DNA of 20,000 nt from an uncultured virus (IMG/VR IMGVR_UViG_3300013815_000001) (IMGVR_UViG_3300013815_000001), one strand, 5' to 3'; positions 7,748 to 16,874 are shown, counted from the stretch's first letter. The notes: a model not told the origin generated them from the letters alone. A program made the numbers and translations.

Positions 7748-8506
7748 CTAACGTGTGATTTCGCGCAGCATCTTTTCCGCGAATGCTTCTTCCTGCCAGC
7801 ATTTCGTCACCAGCAGGTTAATGACGTCAGCAAAACCGCTGTACCACTGGTAATCCGTCATATCAGGCACCAGAACCTGCACCTGACGGCGCGCCAGAGT
7901 GGTGGGCAGACGTGCAAACCCTTTACCACCACATCGCTCACACAGCTTTTGCACCGGCACGCCGTGTAACTCGGTACGCTTACGGTCGAGCGCCGTTCCC
8001 CGTCCCGAGCAGTCCCGGCAGGCCGTACTGATTACCCCCTTCCCACCGCAGTGCTTACAGAGTTCTTCAACTTCCTCTACGCGAATTGTCGCATCCACGC
8101 CTTTCACGCCAGGATGCTTCACCACTTCCCGACGCACGCGCTTAACCCCTTTTCCTTCGCAGTGATGGCATTCGCAGCTGCTGGCTGCCGAGCGCGCATA
8201 GTCGCTGTAGGCGAACTGAGCCAGACAAAGGGCCATTTCCGCGCGCGCGCGCTCACCGAGTTTTTTCATTACGCCGTTATTTAGCGCGAGCGCATATTTA
8301 ACCAGGCCATCAATAGCGGGCTGCGGATCCTGAATACCCATTTTGGCGAGGAAGAGGTTGAACCCCAGCGCCGCCTTAGACTGGACGAGACCCTGTGCGG
8401 CCATTACATCCGAGATGGTCAGCGCGGCGCTGCCGGTGGCTGGTGTCTCATCATTGAGTTTTGGTGATTTCGGGGAATAGAACTTTGGTAAGGCTTCGAG
8501 GTTCAT
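7748..8506 (-). CDS. Q: Late antitermination protein Q (Zn-finger type)
   Basis: MNLEALPKFYSPKS, LTISDVMAAQG, repeated CxxCxGxG motifs; precedes pR'. Confidence 0.9.
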   Translation of the reverse strand: MNLEALPKFYSPKSPKLNDETPATGSAALTISDVMAAQGLVQSKAALGFNLFLAKMGIQDPQPAIDGLVKYALALNNGVMKKLGERARAEMALCLAQFAYSDYARSAASSCECHHCEGKGVKRVRREVVKHPGVKGVDATIRVEEVEELCKHCGGKGVISTACRDCSGRGTALDRKRTELHGVPVQKLCERCGGKGFARLPTTLARRQVQVLVPDMTDYQWYSGFADVINLLVTKCWQEEAFAEKMLREITR

Positions 8507-8524
8507 GTGTGGTCTCCACTCCAC

Positions 8525-9574
8525 TTATGACAACACGCCGATCGCAAGCGCGCGGTCTAAAAAACGAAAAATCAGCTCCAGCTGTGAGCCATATTTTTCT
8601 TCGAATGCCACGGTGTCCCGATGAAGCTCGTGGTGATGCCTTCTGCACAAAGGCAACACGAAAAGGTCATGGGCTTTGGTACCCATCCCGCCCTGCCCGT
8701 GGCCGATCAGGTGGTGGGGATCATCTGCCCGCTGGTTGCAGCATGCGCAAGGCTGCTGCTTAACCCAGCGGGTGTATTTCTCGTTTTCCCAGCGGCGGCG
8801 CTTTGGCCGGAGCATGTAACTTTCAGGCGACTCAGGGTCGATTGTCAGCGCAACCACCCGCATCTGTTGCTCGTGCGGCTTGTCGCAGTTCATTAGCGTC
8901 TTCACGGCACCAGCACGCTGTGCTTTCGTCTGTACTATTTCAGCGGCCGACGGTCCCGGAACAATATGGCTTTCACGCGACACGCCCTGCACTGGCAAAG
9001 GCGGAAGGCGCAGCGCGCGGCGCGCCACGCTGTCCGGCAGCGCATCTGTGATATCCATTCTGACAGCCCACCAGCACAACTCCGGCAGAGTCAGCTCGTG
9101 GGTATCGTTAAAGGCAAGGGCTCCGCTCGCGACGCTGATAATCCAGGCTATCACATTGGAACGGGCAATTGCTGACAGGCGCTCAGTAAAATGTTCGGCC
9201 AGCTGATTATCACAGTGCCAGCACAGACGCAGCGCGCCGGGCTCATGCCGCATCGTGGTCAGCTCATGGTGATGGTACTCACTATGCGGCCACTGGCAGC
9301 CGCCCTTCTGCTTCATCAGCCAGTGCTCCAGCCCATTGATGCCACCAGCTGCCCGGATCACCCGCTCATCAGTAAAGAAGACCTGCAGTCCTTCGTCATT
9401 GGTCAGGGGCTGGTGCGCCGGCGGCACCGCGCCGCTCGGGAACCGTGCCATGCTTTCAGGCTGCATCTCCACAAGCACGCGTCCGTTTGCAAATATGGGC
9501 ATCAGTTCAGGGCCGGGGCGCAGCAGCACGATACCCATGCCGCGCGCGATTTCCGGTGTTAACAGCGCCCTCAT
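8525..9574 (-). CDS. DUF968/YdfU-family protein
   Basis: MRALLTPEIARGMGIVLLRPG; C-terminal CACC..ADDPHHLIGHG..KAHDLFVLPLCRRHH. Confidence 0.88.
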   Translation of the reverse strand: MRALLTPEIARGMGIVLLRPGPELMPIFANGRVLVEMQPESMARFPSGAVPPAHQPLTNDEGLQVFFTDERVIRAAGGINGLEHWLMKQKGGCQWPHSEYHHHELTTMRHEPGALRLCWHCDNQLAEHFTERLSAIARSNVIAWIISVASGALAFNDTHELTLPELCWWAVRMDITDALPDSVARRALRLPPLPVQGVSRESHIVPGPSAAEIVQTKAQRAGAVKTLMNCDKPHEQQMRVVALTIDPESPESYMLRPKRRRWENEKYTRWVKQQPCACCNQRADDPHHLIGHGQGGMGTKAHDLFVLPLCRRHHHELHRDTVAFEEKYGSQLELIFRFLDRALAIGVLS

Positions 9575-9951
9575 ACTGTACCTATCCCAAAGTTACTGAT
9601 CGTGATTTCCACCTTACCTTTGCTGGTTACCGGGCCCCATTCCACCAGCATCTTTTTCACCTGGCTGTCGTCCTCCCAGACATGAGCCAGCGTCAGTGCA
9701 TCGAAAAGTGCCTTCAGATAGTTATCCAGATCGCGGCGTTTCCGGTCAGGCGGGTAAAGCACCACCTCCACCGCCAGCAGGCTGGTGACAGGCCTGGGTA
9801 TGCGCCGAAGTTGTTCAACTACGGCCGCTGCGGCATTGCTCTGATATTTGCGCCCGTCGGCGCTGACAAGATGACGGCCTTTTAGCGGCCCCTTAGTCGG
9901 GGCGCGCCAGTAGCTGTTAACGCTGGGGGGAAAAGGCAGGGTCAGCTTCAT
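9571..9951 (-). CDS. rusA: RusA-family Holliday junction resolvase
   Basis: LPFPPSVNSYWR, RRDLDNYLKALFDAL, WEDDSQV. Confidence 0.92.
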   Translation of the reverse strand: MKLTLPFPPSVNSYWRAPTKGPLKGRHLVSADGRKYQSNAAAAVVEQLRRIPRPVTSLLAVEVVLYPPDRKRRDLDNYLKALFDALTLAHVWEDDSQVKKMLVEWGPVTSKGKVEITISNFGIGTV

Positions 9952-10277
9952 GCAATGGCACCCCGCGCTTTCAGGAACGCCACCGCGCGATCGCGCGATT
10001 TGGCCTCACCTTCTACCATCGCACGCAGCAGAGAAACCGCCTCATCTTCTTTGGCGATGCCGTTGATGGTGATGCCGCGGGCGACGCCTTTTGATAACGA
10101 TATGGCGCCTTTCTTCTCCAGCGTACGCAGCATGTCGGTCGCAGCGTTGGGTGAAGCGGCCCCCATCAGCTGAGCCACTTCTTTCTGTGTCGGCGGGTAA
10201 CCTTTTCGTCTCTGGAAATCCGCGAGCATATCCAGCACCTCCTGCTGTCGGACGGTTAAAGCAGAGGCAGAATTCAT
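9948..10277 (-). CDS. LexA-type DNA-binding domain protein without peptidase domain
   Basis: LTVRQQEVLDML..GYPPTQKEVAQLMG..SPNAA..LEKKGAI..ARGI. Confidence 0.85.
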   Translation of the reverse strand: MNSASALTVRQQEVLDMLADFQRRKGYPPTQKEVAQLMGAASPNAATDMLRTLEKKGAISLSKGVARGITINGIAKEDEAVSLLRAMVEGEAKSRDRAVAFLKARGAIA

Positions 10278-11455
10278 GCCGCTTTCTCCCGCGCGCCAGC
10301 CATTTCGCGAACGGAGGCTCTAAGCTGCCGAATGTTCCGCCAGTGCGTGGTGTCAATTGCCCCGACAACCAGCAGAACCTCATCCATCGCCAGGCCATGC
10401 TGCTCTTCAGCTTCGCGAGCGACCGTCGCAAGCCGTTCGTGCATGTCTTTCCGCTCCGCATCATCCTGAAAGGCAAAATCATGGAGGGCCATAAAAGCTC
10501 GCAGCTTCACGCCGTTGTGATGCTCTTTAATCAGTTCCTGCGCGCGCGAAATGACATCCGCAGTCACCGTCACCAGCATCGGGCTTTCTACAGAATCGGC
10601 GGCCCAGCTGTGAGCAAAGCGGGATTCATGGAAGGCATACACCTCTTTGCTGCCGAACGCCGCGGTGGCACAGGCCCAGACTTCAACGCCGCTTCGTTCC
10701 AGGATGTCGGCTGCTGTCAGCGGTAATTCACTTTCATCAGCCTGCAGTTGCTGCTCAGTTTCTGAATGCAGATCTGTTTCATCCTCATCGGGTTCCAGGC
10801 GGTTACTCATCAGCAGGCGTTCAGCCTGACGGCGTATCTGTGCAATAAACGCGTCGCCGTGCGCTTCCAGCTCGTTACGGCTGATGTAGCTCATTGCCGG
10901 GCCGCGCCAGGTCTTATCGAATACCGCAATTGCACCTGCAAAAAACGCGCCGGACGGGATCTGCTTTTCGTCTTTAGGCATGAACCATGACGGAAGATCG
11001 AAACCGATGCGGCCACGGATAAAGGCGATGTGATCCGCGTCTTCCGGCCACCAGACCTCGCTGGTGGCCGCCTTAATCAAAAAGACGTACCGCCCGCCTT
11101 TTTCCCGCATCGCGCTGGCATGCTGCATGATGTAGCGCATGCCTGTGATGTACTCACCGTCGTGCCTGGACGCGCGGCTGTACGGAGGGTTGCCGAACGC
11201 GGCGCCGTTGAGTTCGGCCAGACACGCGGACCAGTCCTGCGTCAGCGCGTTATCTTCGGCGGTGTAATAAGCGTCACATTTGGCGTTCTCGCCATCAGAG
11301 AACAGGTCCAGTACGAGCGGGCCGAACATGGCGTTGATGCCCCAAAAAATATTGTCCGGCGTGCGCCACTGATCGCCGACTTCCTTAAGTTCGTGAGCCG
11401 GTTTGCTGCGCAGCGCCGCCAGCGCCTGGTTATAAGCATTCAACGCGTGCATCAC
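10274..11455 (-). CDS. Phage N6-adenine DNA methyltransferase with long C-terminal extension
   Basis: DQWRTP, LDLF, NPPYS catalytic motif, RGRIGF. Confidence 0.88.
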   Translation of the reverse strand: MMHALNAYNQALAALRSKPAHELKEVGDQWRTPDNIFWGINAMFGPLVLDLFSDGENAKCDAYYTAEDNALTQDWSACLAELNGAAFGNPPYSRASRHDGEYITGMRYIMQHASAMREKGGRYVFLIKAATSEVWWPEDADHIAFIRGRIGFDLPSWFMPKDEKQIPSGAFFAGAIAVFDKTWRGPAMSYISRNELEAHGDAFIAQIRRQAERLLMSNRLEPDEDETDLHSETEQQLQADESELPLTAADILERSGVEVWACATAAFGSKEVYAFHESRFAHSWAADSVESPMLVTVTADVISRAQELIKEHHNGVKLRAFMALHDFAFQDDAERKDMHERLATVAREAEEQHGLAMDEVLLVVGAIDTTHWRNIRQLRASVREMAGAREKAA

Positions 11456-11688
11456 AGTTCCCCCACATAGTTACCGGCCAGATAGCAACGACCTTTCACG
11501 TAACCAGCGCGGTTGCTCATCTTCAGGCACTGGGTACGCTTCTTCGCCAGCCGTTCGCGGTCCCGGTTACTCTTCGAGGCATCGAACGCAGCCAGGTAGG
11601 CATGTGCGGCGCGGCGCCACAGATGCTGTCTTTCCAGCTGGCAGGCCAGCTCTTCAAAAACTTCGTGTTTCAGCTTCTCGTTTGTCAT
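11452..11688 (-). CDS. PerC-family transcriptional regulator
   Basis: ACQLERQHLWRRAA..RERLAKKRTQCL pattern; follows the replication gene. Confidence 0.75.
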   Translation of the reverse strand: MTNEKLKHEVFEELACQLERQHLWRRAAHAYLAAFDASKSNRDRERLAKKRTQCLKMSNRAGYVKGRCYLAGNYVGEL

Positions 11689-12581
11689 GATCTGAACCCC
11701 TCCGGAACCTGGCTGTAATCAACACCGGCATAGCTGGCTTTAAATGCGCTGTCGTCGCGCTGCACACTGCGCTGCTTCCACTGCTGGCGGGGCGGGCGTC
11801 CGCGCTCTTTCCAGCGGGTAGCGCTCAGCAGGTAGCCTTCAAGCTTGCCCGGGACGAACAGCGTCTGCGGGCGCATGTAGTCATACATCTCCGTGTCGTG
11901 CCAGTGCTCGTGCTTGTAGTCGACAACGAGCTGCAGGTCGTCCACCGAATGACCTTCGCGCAGCCGGGCCCGGATGTTCTCCAGTGAGGATTTCGAGTTC
12001 TGGTAACGCGCGCCGGTGACCAGATTCAGGTGTTTCAGCACAGCAATCGCTTTATCGGTGATCAGCTGCTCAGCGTCGGGTTGCCCGGCAACCTGACGAG
12101 AAGGTTTTTTATCTGATGGTTCTTGTTTTGAAGTTACTGACGGATCGTGTCCAGATTCTGGACCCTGAGAAGCCCCGTTTTGGCGGTTTTCCGGACGTTC
12201 AGATTCTGGACATCCAGCTTCTGAACCTTCGGATTCTGAATGTCCGGATTCTGAATGTTCAGAATCCGGACCCTGAGAATAAGCACCGGCAGCAGCCTGG
12301 CGCAGGCGCAGCACGTTCAGCGTGTAGATGTTGGTACCGCTGCGCTGGCCCTGACGGCGTTCTTTACGAGTCAGCCATCCGTCACGCTCAAGCTCACCAA
12401 CTGCGGTAATAACGGTGCTGCGACCGGCGCCAATCTGGCGCGCGATGGTGTCGACGCTGGGCCAGCTGATACCTTCATCGCTGGAAAAATCAGCCAGGCG
12501 CGCCAGAATCAGCAGCTTCGTGCCTTTGATTCCGGCACTCGCGCAGCCATCCCAGACGTAGGCTGATAACTTAACGCTCAT
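11685..12581 (-). CDS. Replication initiator (N-terminal wHTH, conserved phage C-terminal domain)
   Basis: KLLILARLADFSSDEGISWPSVDTIARQIG; YMRPQTLF; internal iterons. Confidence 0.88.
   Translation of the reverse strand: MSVKLSAYVWDGCASAGIKGTKLLILARLADFSSDEGISWPSVDTIARQIGAGRSTVITAVGELERDGWLTRKERRQGQRSGTNIYTLNVLRLRQAAAGAYSQGPDSEHSESGHSESEGSEAGCPESERPENRQNGASQGPESGHDPSVTSKQEPSDKKPSRQVAGQPDAEQLITDKAIAVLKHLNLVTGARYQNSKSSLENIRARLREGHSVDDLQLVVDYKHEHWHDTEMYDYMRPQTLFVPGKLEGYLLSATRWKERGRPPRQQWKQRSVQRDDSAFKASYAGVDYSQVPEGFRS
12150..12270. repeat. Iterons of the putative replication origin
   Basis: YCRGATTCTGRA-like units at 12151, 12199, 12214, 12229, 12244 and 12259 (15-bp period), quasi-palindromic. 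Confidence 0.8.
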
Positions 12582-12924
12582 GCATCCACCCTTTTGAACT
12601 TCTCGCGGAACCGCTCAACAGGCTGCATGCAGTCGTGCGGGTAACCCGCGCGCCGGAAGATAACCTGTCGCTTTTCGGGGTCGTAACCAGTGACGTGGAC
12701 TTCAGTTCCCCGCCAGTCGCGGTATCGTCTGTTGAGTTCCTGCACGCGAAAGCCTCCGCCTGGCGGTTAAACTCCCCTACCATCTGCTGAACGAGCTGGT
12801 AGCTGACGGGCACACAATGGCCTGATACTCTCACTGCATACCGGTACTGCACCGGACCGGCTCCGCCCGGTACCGGCAGCGCAATAAGTTGCGACCTGCG
12901 GTAACGTGTTGTTAAACTGTTCAT
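12571..12924 (-). CDS. ymfM: YmfM-like protein (e14 cell-division inhibitor family)
   Basis: MNSLTTRYRRSQLIALPVPGG matches my recall of the e14 YmfM N-terminus; GGAG RBS. Confidence 0.72.
   Translation of the reverse strand: MNSLTTRYRRSQLIALPVPGGAGPVQYRYAVRVSGHCVPVSYQLVQQMVGEFNRQAEAFACRNSTDDTATGGELKSTSLVTTPKSDRLSSGARVTRTTACSLLSGSARSSKGWMHER
12578..12745 (-). CDS. DUF4222-like small protein (55 aa, GTG start; not in the ORF track)
   Basis: MQELNRRYRDWRGTEVHVTGYDPEKRQVIFRRAGYPHDCMQPVERFREKFKRVDA; ATGA overlap with the initiator start. Confidence 0.75.
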   Translation of the reverse strand: MQELNRRYRDWRGTEVHVTGYDPEKRQVIFRRAGYPHDCMQPVERFREKFKRVDA

Positions 12925-12938
12925 GCGTAGTTTCTCCA

Positions 12939-13475
12939 CTATTGAAAAGACGCGCCCGACGCCTCGAGCTGCACACTCGGGGCGTCACCTTTTCTGGTGC
13001 TCATAAATACTTCTACTGCCTGGTCTGAAACCCCATACAGCGCCATAAAGCCCATGAACCCGTGGAACTGGTGGCGAATTGTCTTGCGAAACAGCTCAGA
13101 GAGCTTTTTGCGTTCATGACGGTCAATTACCCCATCCTCCGCCGCTTCAATCTGCGCCTGCGCCAGCTGGCCTTTCGCCGCGCTGGTTTTCATGTCGATC
13201 GCGAACAGGTCCACGTTGTCCATGCTTTCCGGCTTCGGAACGTCCACCAGCAATTTGCCAACGCGCGCCGCGGCATATTCCGCCAGCATTGATACGCCGG
13301 ACAGGTCCTCCATGCGTTCAAGTTCGGCCAGCGTGAAGAAGCGGCTGCCGCATTTCTGGTACATGTGGTTATGAAAGGTGTCGATGCTCATGCCGAGATC
13401 AGCAGCCATCCCGAGGCGGCCGGCGGGATGCGCCTTACACATCGCGCTGATTGCTGCTTTGATGTTGTCTACCAT
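12939..13475 (-). CDS. ymfL: YmfL-family putative regulator (CII position)
   Basis: Position after cro; AEDGVIDRHERKKL and KGDAPSVQ..GA C-terminal pattern. Confidence 0.75.
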   Translation of the reverse strand: MVDNIKAAISAMCKAHPAGRLGMAADLGMSIDTFHNHMYQKCGSRFFTLAELERMEDLSGVSMLAEYAAARVGKLLVDVPKPESMDNVDLFAIDMKTSAAKGQLAQAQIEAAEDGVIDRHERKKLSELFRKTIRHQFHGFMGFMALYGVSDQAVEVFMSTRKGDAPSVQLEASGASFQ

Positions 13476-13505
13476 CTTGTTTTCCTTTTGGTAGTTAACG
13501 GTTGA

Positions 13506-13763
13506 TTAATTTGCCGCTAAATTGGCGTTGCCAGGTTTGGCTGTTTCTTGTTCGGTTGTCTGATAACGGCTGGGGTAAAGAATCTGCAATTCGTCTATCT
13601 CCCCGTCGTAGAACTTCACAAGCTTTTCAGCCAACTCAACGGAAGGAACTTGCTCACAACGTTCGATGCGACTTAGCGTGGCAGGGTCAACCTGAACACC
13701 GCCAGCAACATGAGATAACGTATAACCGTGCGAATTGCGCAATTTTCTCAATGGGGATTGCAT
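13506..13763 (-). CDS. cro: Cro-like HTH repressor
   Basis: XRE-type HTH (LSHVAGGVQVDPATLSRIER), divergent from cI, AGGAGG RBS. Confidence 0.88.
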   Translation of the reverse strand: MQSPLRKLRNSHGYTLSHVAGGVQVDPATLSRIERCEQVPSVELAEKLVKFYDGEIDELQILYPSRYQTTEQETAKPGNANLAAN

Positions 13764-13777
13764 AACGCCTCCTATAT

Positions 13778-13862
13778 TTGCGTAATACGCATGTTATTGC
13801 ATGTTGTAATCTTGCGCAAGTTACTTTGCATGAAACGCAAAATGGACATGTAATATGCGCAT
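13778..13862. promoter_or_regulatory. oR region with pR and TTGCR-N5-YGCAA-type operators
   Basis: TTGCGTAATACGCAT (13778), TTGCATGAAACGCAA (13826); minus-strand TTGCGC-17-TAACAT promoter toward cro. Confidence 0.7.
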
Positions 13863-14556
13863 GAACATAGGAAATCGAGTTAGACAGCTTCGCCTGGCGA
13901 AGAATATGAAAATTGCTGAATTAGCTGACGCCGTTGAAGTGGATGCGGCGAATATTTCTCGTCTTGAAACAGGTAAACAAAAGCAATTTACAGAACAGAC
14001 ACTTAATCGATTAGCGCAAGCTTTAGGCGTAACTGTCGCTGACCTCTTTACCTCGACCGACAATGAGACTACTGTATATAAAAACAGTAAACCAGATTCC
14101 GCAGTCGGAGAGGGTACCGATGTGTTTAGAGTCGAAGTTCTTGATGCCTGCGCAAGTGCTGGGGTGGGTTATATACAAGGAAGTGATGTGATCGATGTTA
14201 TTCAGGCGATTGAATACAGCCACGAAAAAGCTTTAGCGATGTTTGGTGGTAGATCCGCTGGAAACGTTAAAGTGATAAACGTTCGTGGCGATAGCATGTC
14301 GCCCACCATTGAGCCTGGTGACTTAGTTTTCGTCGATGTCTCGATTAATGAGTTTGATGGTGACGGCATTTACACCTTTGGTTTTGATGGAAAAATCTAC
14401 GCCAAACGCCTCCAAATGATACCAGACCAACTTCTTGTTATTTCAGACAATCCTAAATATCGAGAATGGAGCATAGACAAGAGTAACGAGCATCGTTTCT
14501 ATATTTATGGAAAGGTGTTGATAAGCCAATCGCAGGCGTTTAAAAGGCACGGCTAA
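13861..14556 (+). CDS. cI: CI repressor (XRE HTH plus S24 autopeptidase)
   Basis: HTH; ASAG cleavage site; VRGDSMSP (Ser) and AKRLQ (Lys); no RBS, so possibly leaderless. Confidence 0.93.
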   Translation: MNIGNRVRQLRLAKNMKIAELADAVEVDAANISRLETGKQKQFTEQTLNRLAQALGVTVADLFTSTDNETTVYKNSKPDSAVGEGTDVFRVEVLDACASAGVGYIQGSDVIDVIQAIEYSHEKALAMFGGRSAGNVKVINVRGDSMSPTIEPGDLVFVDVSINEFDGDGIYTFGFDGKIYAKRLQMIPDQLLVISDNPKYREWSIDKSNEHRFYIYGKVLISQSQAFKRHG

Positions 14557-14574
14557 TCCTCGAAACACAATAAC

Positions 14575-14598
14575 AGGTCGCACAAGCGGCCTTTTTTT
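14575..14598 (+). terminator. Terminator after cI
   Basis: AGGTCGC-ACAA-GCGGCCT followed by a T run. Confidence 0.75.
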
Positions 14599-14609
14599 CA
14601 CCCTCAAAA

Positions 14610-14660
14610 TTGCGCAATATGCAATTAACACTTGCGTAATTCGCAATTTAGAATTATTTT
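14610..14660 (+). promoter_or_regulatory. oL operators and pL promoter
   Basis: TTGCGCAATATGCAA (14610) and TTGCGTAATTCGCAA (14632), same motif as oR; TTGCGT-17-TATTTT. Confidence 0.7.
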
Positions 14661-14828
14661 CTGTACGTGGAGTGTGAACAACCAATTTACACAGCACACA
14701 AGAGCATCACTGGGTGACCGGCTCATGACCCAATCCACCCGGGCGGAACTCCTAACCGTAGGTGCTCTTCTGTGTTGTGTGGAGAAACTACGACCGGCGG
14801 TTGCAGCCGCCTTTCTGAGGGTAAACCG

Positions 14829-15200
14829 ATGAGTAATGAACGTTTGACCAAAGTGCCTGAGTTTCTGGGCGAACTGGACGGAGGGGTGTTCGAAAACAAA
14901 ATCGCCCTGGCACTCAGCGAAGTTGCATTTGGCGTGCTGAACAACGGCACCAAAGGAAAAGTTACCGTGACCTTTGAGCTCGACCGCATGAGCAATTCCG
15001 TCGAAGAGAAGCGCGTGATGATTAAGCACAAGCTGTCATATATGCGCCCCACTCCGCGCGGCAAATCCTCGGAGGAAGACACCACCGAGACGCCGATGTA
15101 CGTAAACCGCGGCGGCAAGCTTTCCATTCTGCAGGAAGATCAGGGCCAGCTTTTTACTCTGGCTAGTGATCCTGATGCCAAGCTGCGTGCCAAGCAGTAA
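14829..15200 (+). CDS. yfdP: YfdP-like phage protein
   Basis: VPEFLGELDGGVFENKI..PTPRGKSSEEDTTETPMYVNRGGKL; GAGG RBS. Confidence 0.8.
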   Translation: MSNERLTKVPEFLGELDGGVFENKIALALSEVAFGVLNNGTKGKVTVTFELDRMSNSVEEKRVMIKHKLSYMRPTPRGKSSEEDTTETPMYVNRGGKLSILQEDQGQLFTLASDPDAKLRAKQ

Positions 15201-15231
15201 ATCCTACCATTCAACCAGTTAAGGAATAACC

Positions 15232-16056
15232 ATGTCCCACTCTTTAGACGCAACTGCGATCGATAAAATTGGCGATCTGACCCTCTCCCGTTTTATGGAA
15301 GAAAAGCTTGAAAGCGTGGACTGCCCCGCAGCCGTTGTTCCGCAGGGCGCACGAATCGACAGTCTGGAATCCCTTTGCCTGGAGCGCTTTCGATTTCGCG
15401 GCAAAATGGTGACCGCCAGCATTGAAGACTTTGCCCGCTACTCTACTGGCTACGCTGCAGAGGGTACCCGTTGCTTTATTAATGCCGAAGATATGCGTGC
15501 TGTTGCGGTATTTAACCTCGGAACCCTGGATAAACCCGGCCACGCTGATAATACCGCGCTGCTGGCGCTGAAGAAGACCGCGCCCTTTTCCGCACTGCTT
15601 TGCATCAACGGCGACCGCCATACACAGAAAGAGCTGGCCGAATGGCTGGAAGACTGGTCTGAATGCCTGATCGGCTTTGACGCCGACGGCCAGCCGATTG
15701 ATGCGAAGAAGTCGGCTGCGGCAATTCGCAAAATCTCCATCGAGTCGATTCAGAAAGCTGACTTTGAAGATGGTGACTTCAGCGGCAAGCGCTCCCTGAT
15801 GGAAAGCGTAGAAGCCAGAACGCAGGACATCATGCCGGTAGCCTTTGAATTTACCTGCGTGCCGTTTGAAGGTCTGGCTGAGCGTCGCTTTAAGTTACGT
15901 CTGAGCATTATCGGTGGCGACCGTCCGGTTCTTGTTCTGCGCATCGTCCAGCTCGAAGCCCAACAGGAAGAAATGGCTGCAGAGTTTCGCGACCTGCTGA
16001 TTGAAAAATTCAAAGACAGCCAGGTAGAAACGTTTATTGGCCAATTCTCAGCTTAA
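15232..16056 (+). CDS. yfdQ: YfdQ/DUF2303-family protein
   Basis: [39 protein letters not shown]; paired with the yfdP-like gene. Confidence 0.85.
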   Translation: MSHSLDATAIDKIGDLTLSRFMEEKLESVDCPAAVVPQGARIDSLESLCLERFRFRGKMVTASIEDFARYSTGYAAEGTRCFINAEDMRAVAVFNLGTLDKPGHADNTALLALKKTAPFSALLCINGDRHTQKELAEWLEDWSECLIGFDADGQPIDAKKSAAAIRKISIESIQKADFEDGDFSGKRSLMESVEARTQDIMPVAFEFTCVPFEGLAERRFKLRLSIIGGDRPVLVLRIVQLEAQQEEMAAEFRDLLIEKFKDSQVETFIGQFSA

Positions 16057-16188
16057 TTCGCTGCCTTAAATGCCCCGCATAAGGGGCATTTAGTGAAGCG
16101 TAATTCTTTTTTTATCGCCATCTGGTGAGGGATTCGCTCAACCAAAATTCAGCGCGGTGCAGCGCAAAGCTAAGTGGAGGAACACGCA

Positions 16189-16581
16189 TTGAATTACGAA
16201 AAAACGAAGGAGCTCGCGAAATCAGGCCACCAGCTGGTGGTGCTTTTGGGCACGCAGAACGGTATGCATGAAGCCGCCTCTCTTGTTCAGCGTATGGCCG
16301 GGCAGCTCGATCTCTTAGCTGTAGTGTTAAACGAAAAGACGAAGCTGTGCGAAGCCTTGACGGCGGAGAACTCCTGTCTACTACAAAAAACTACCAGCGA
16401 GTTGTCGCAAGGCATCAGGAATGCGATCGATACCTGCTCTGACTATCTGGATACTGACTGCGTAATGGAAAGACTGGATATTAGTTATGAACAAGCAGAG
16501 CTGCGTACAGCTGGCGCAACTGAACTGCATGATGCTCTGGTCGCATTGGCAAATTCATTGAGCGAATGCGGTGCATCATGA
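16189..16581 (+). CDS. Phage hypothetical protein (probable TTG start)
   Basis: GGAGG RBS at 16176-16180; in frame with the 135-aa ORF; ATGA overlap with the next gene. Confidence 0.65.
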   Translation: MNYEKTKELAKSGHQLVVLLGTQNGMHEAASLVQRMAGQLDLLAVVLNEKTKLCEALTAENSCLLQKTTSELSQGIRNAIDTCSDYLDTDCVMERLDISYEQAELRTAGATELHDALVALANSLSECGAS

Positions 16582-16844
16582 CCAAAAAAACAGATTACCG
16601 CGCAATCGTCGAGCGTATCGCAGAAATTCTGCATGGCAGCGTCACGGATGTGGATCTGCTGACCATTACTGTGCAGGCGATGAAAGAACGAAACAAGAAG
16701 CTTGAACGACAACGCCAATTATCATTCAGGAACGACAGGGCTTTAAATGAACCGACAGTTATATGGTCGCCAGCTGAGAGATGCGATGTATGCGTTGAAG
16801 GCGCCAGAGGCGGGTGTTCTTCATGCGTTTTTAATCAGAAATAG
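16578..16844 (+). CDS. Phage hypothetical protein with C-terminal CxxC..CxxC
   Basis: MTKKTDY start overlapping the previous stop; CDVC..CSSC. Confidence 0.65.
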   Translation: MTKKTDYRAIVERIAEILHGSVTDVDLLTITVQAMKERNKKLERQRQLSFRNDRALNEPTVIWSPAERCDVCVEGARGGCSSCVFNQK

Positions 16845-16874
16845 CCGGGTGCAGCCGGTACTAGTGGAGGAATT

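Noticed and set aside
12150..12270. CRISPR-like array
   Set aside because: Units have a 15-bp period with no spacers, lie in frame inside the initiator and have no cas genes; better explained as iterons
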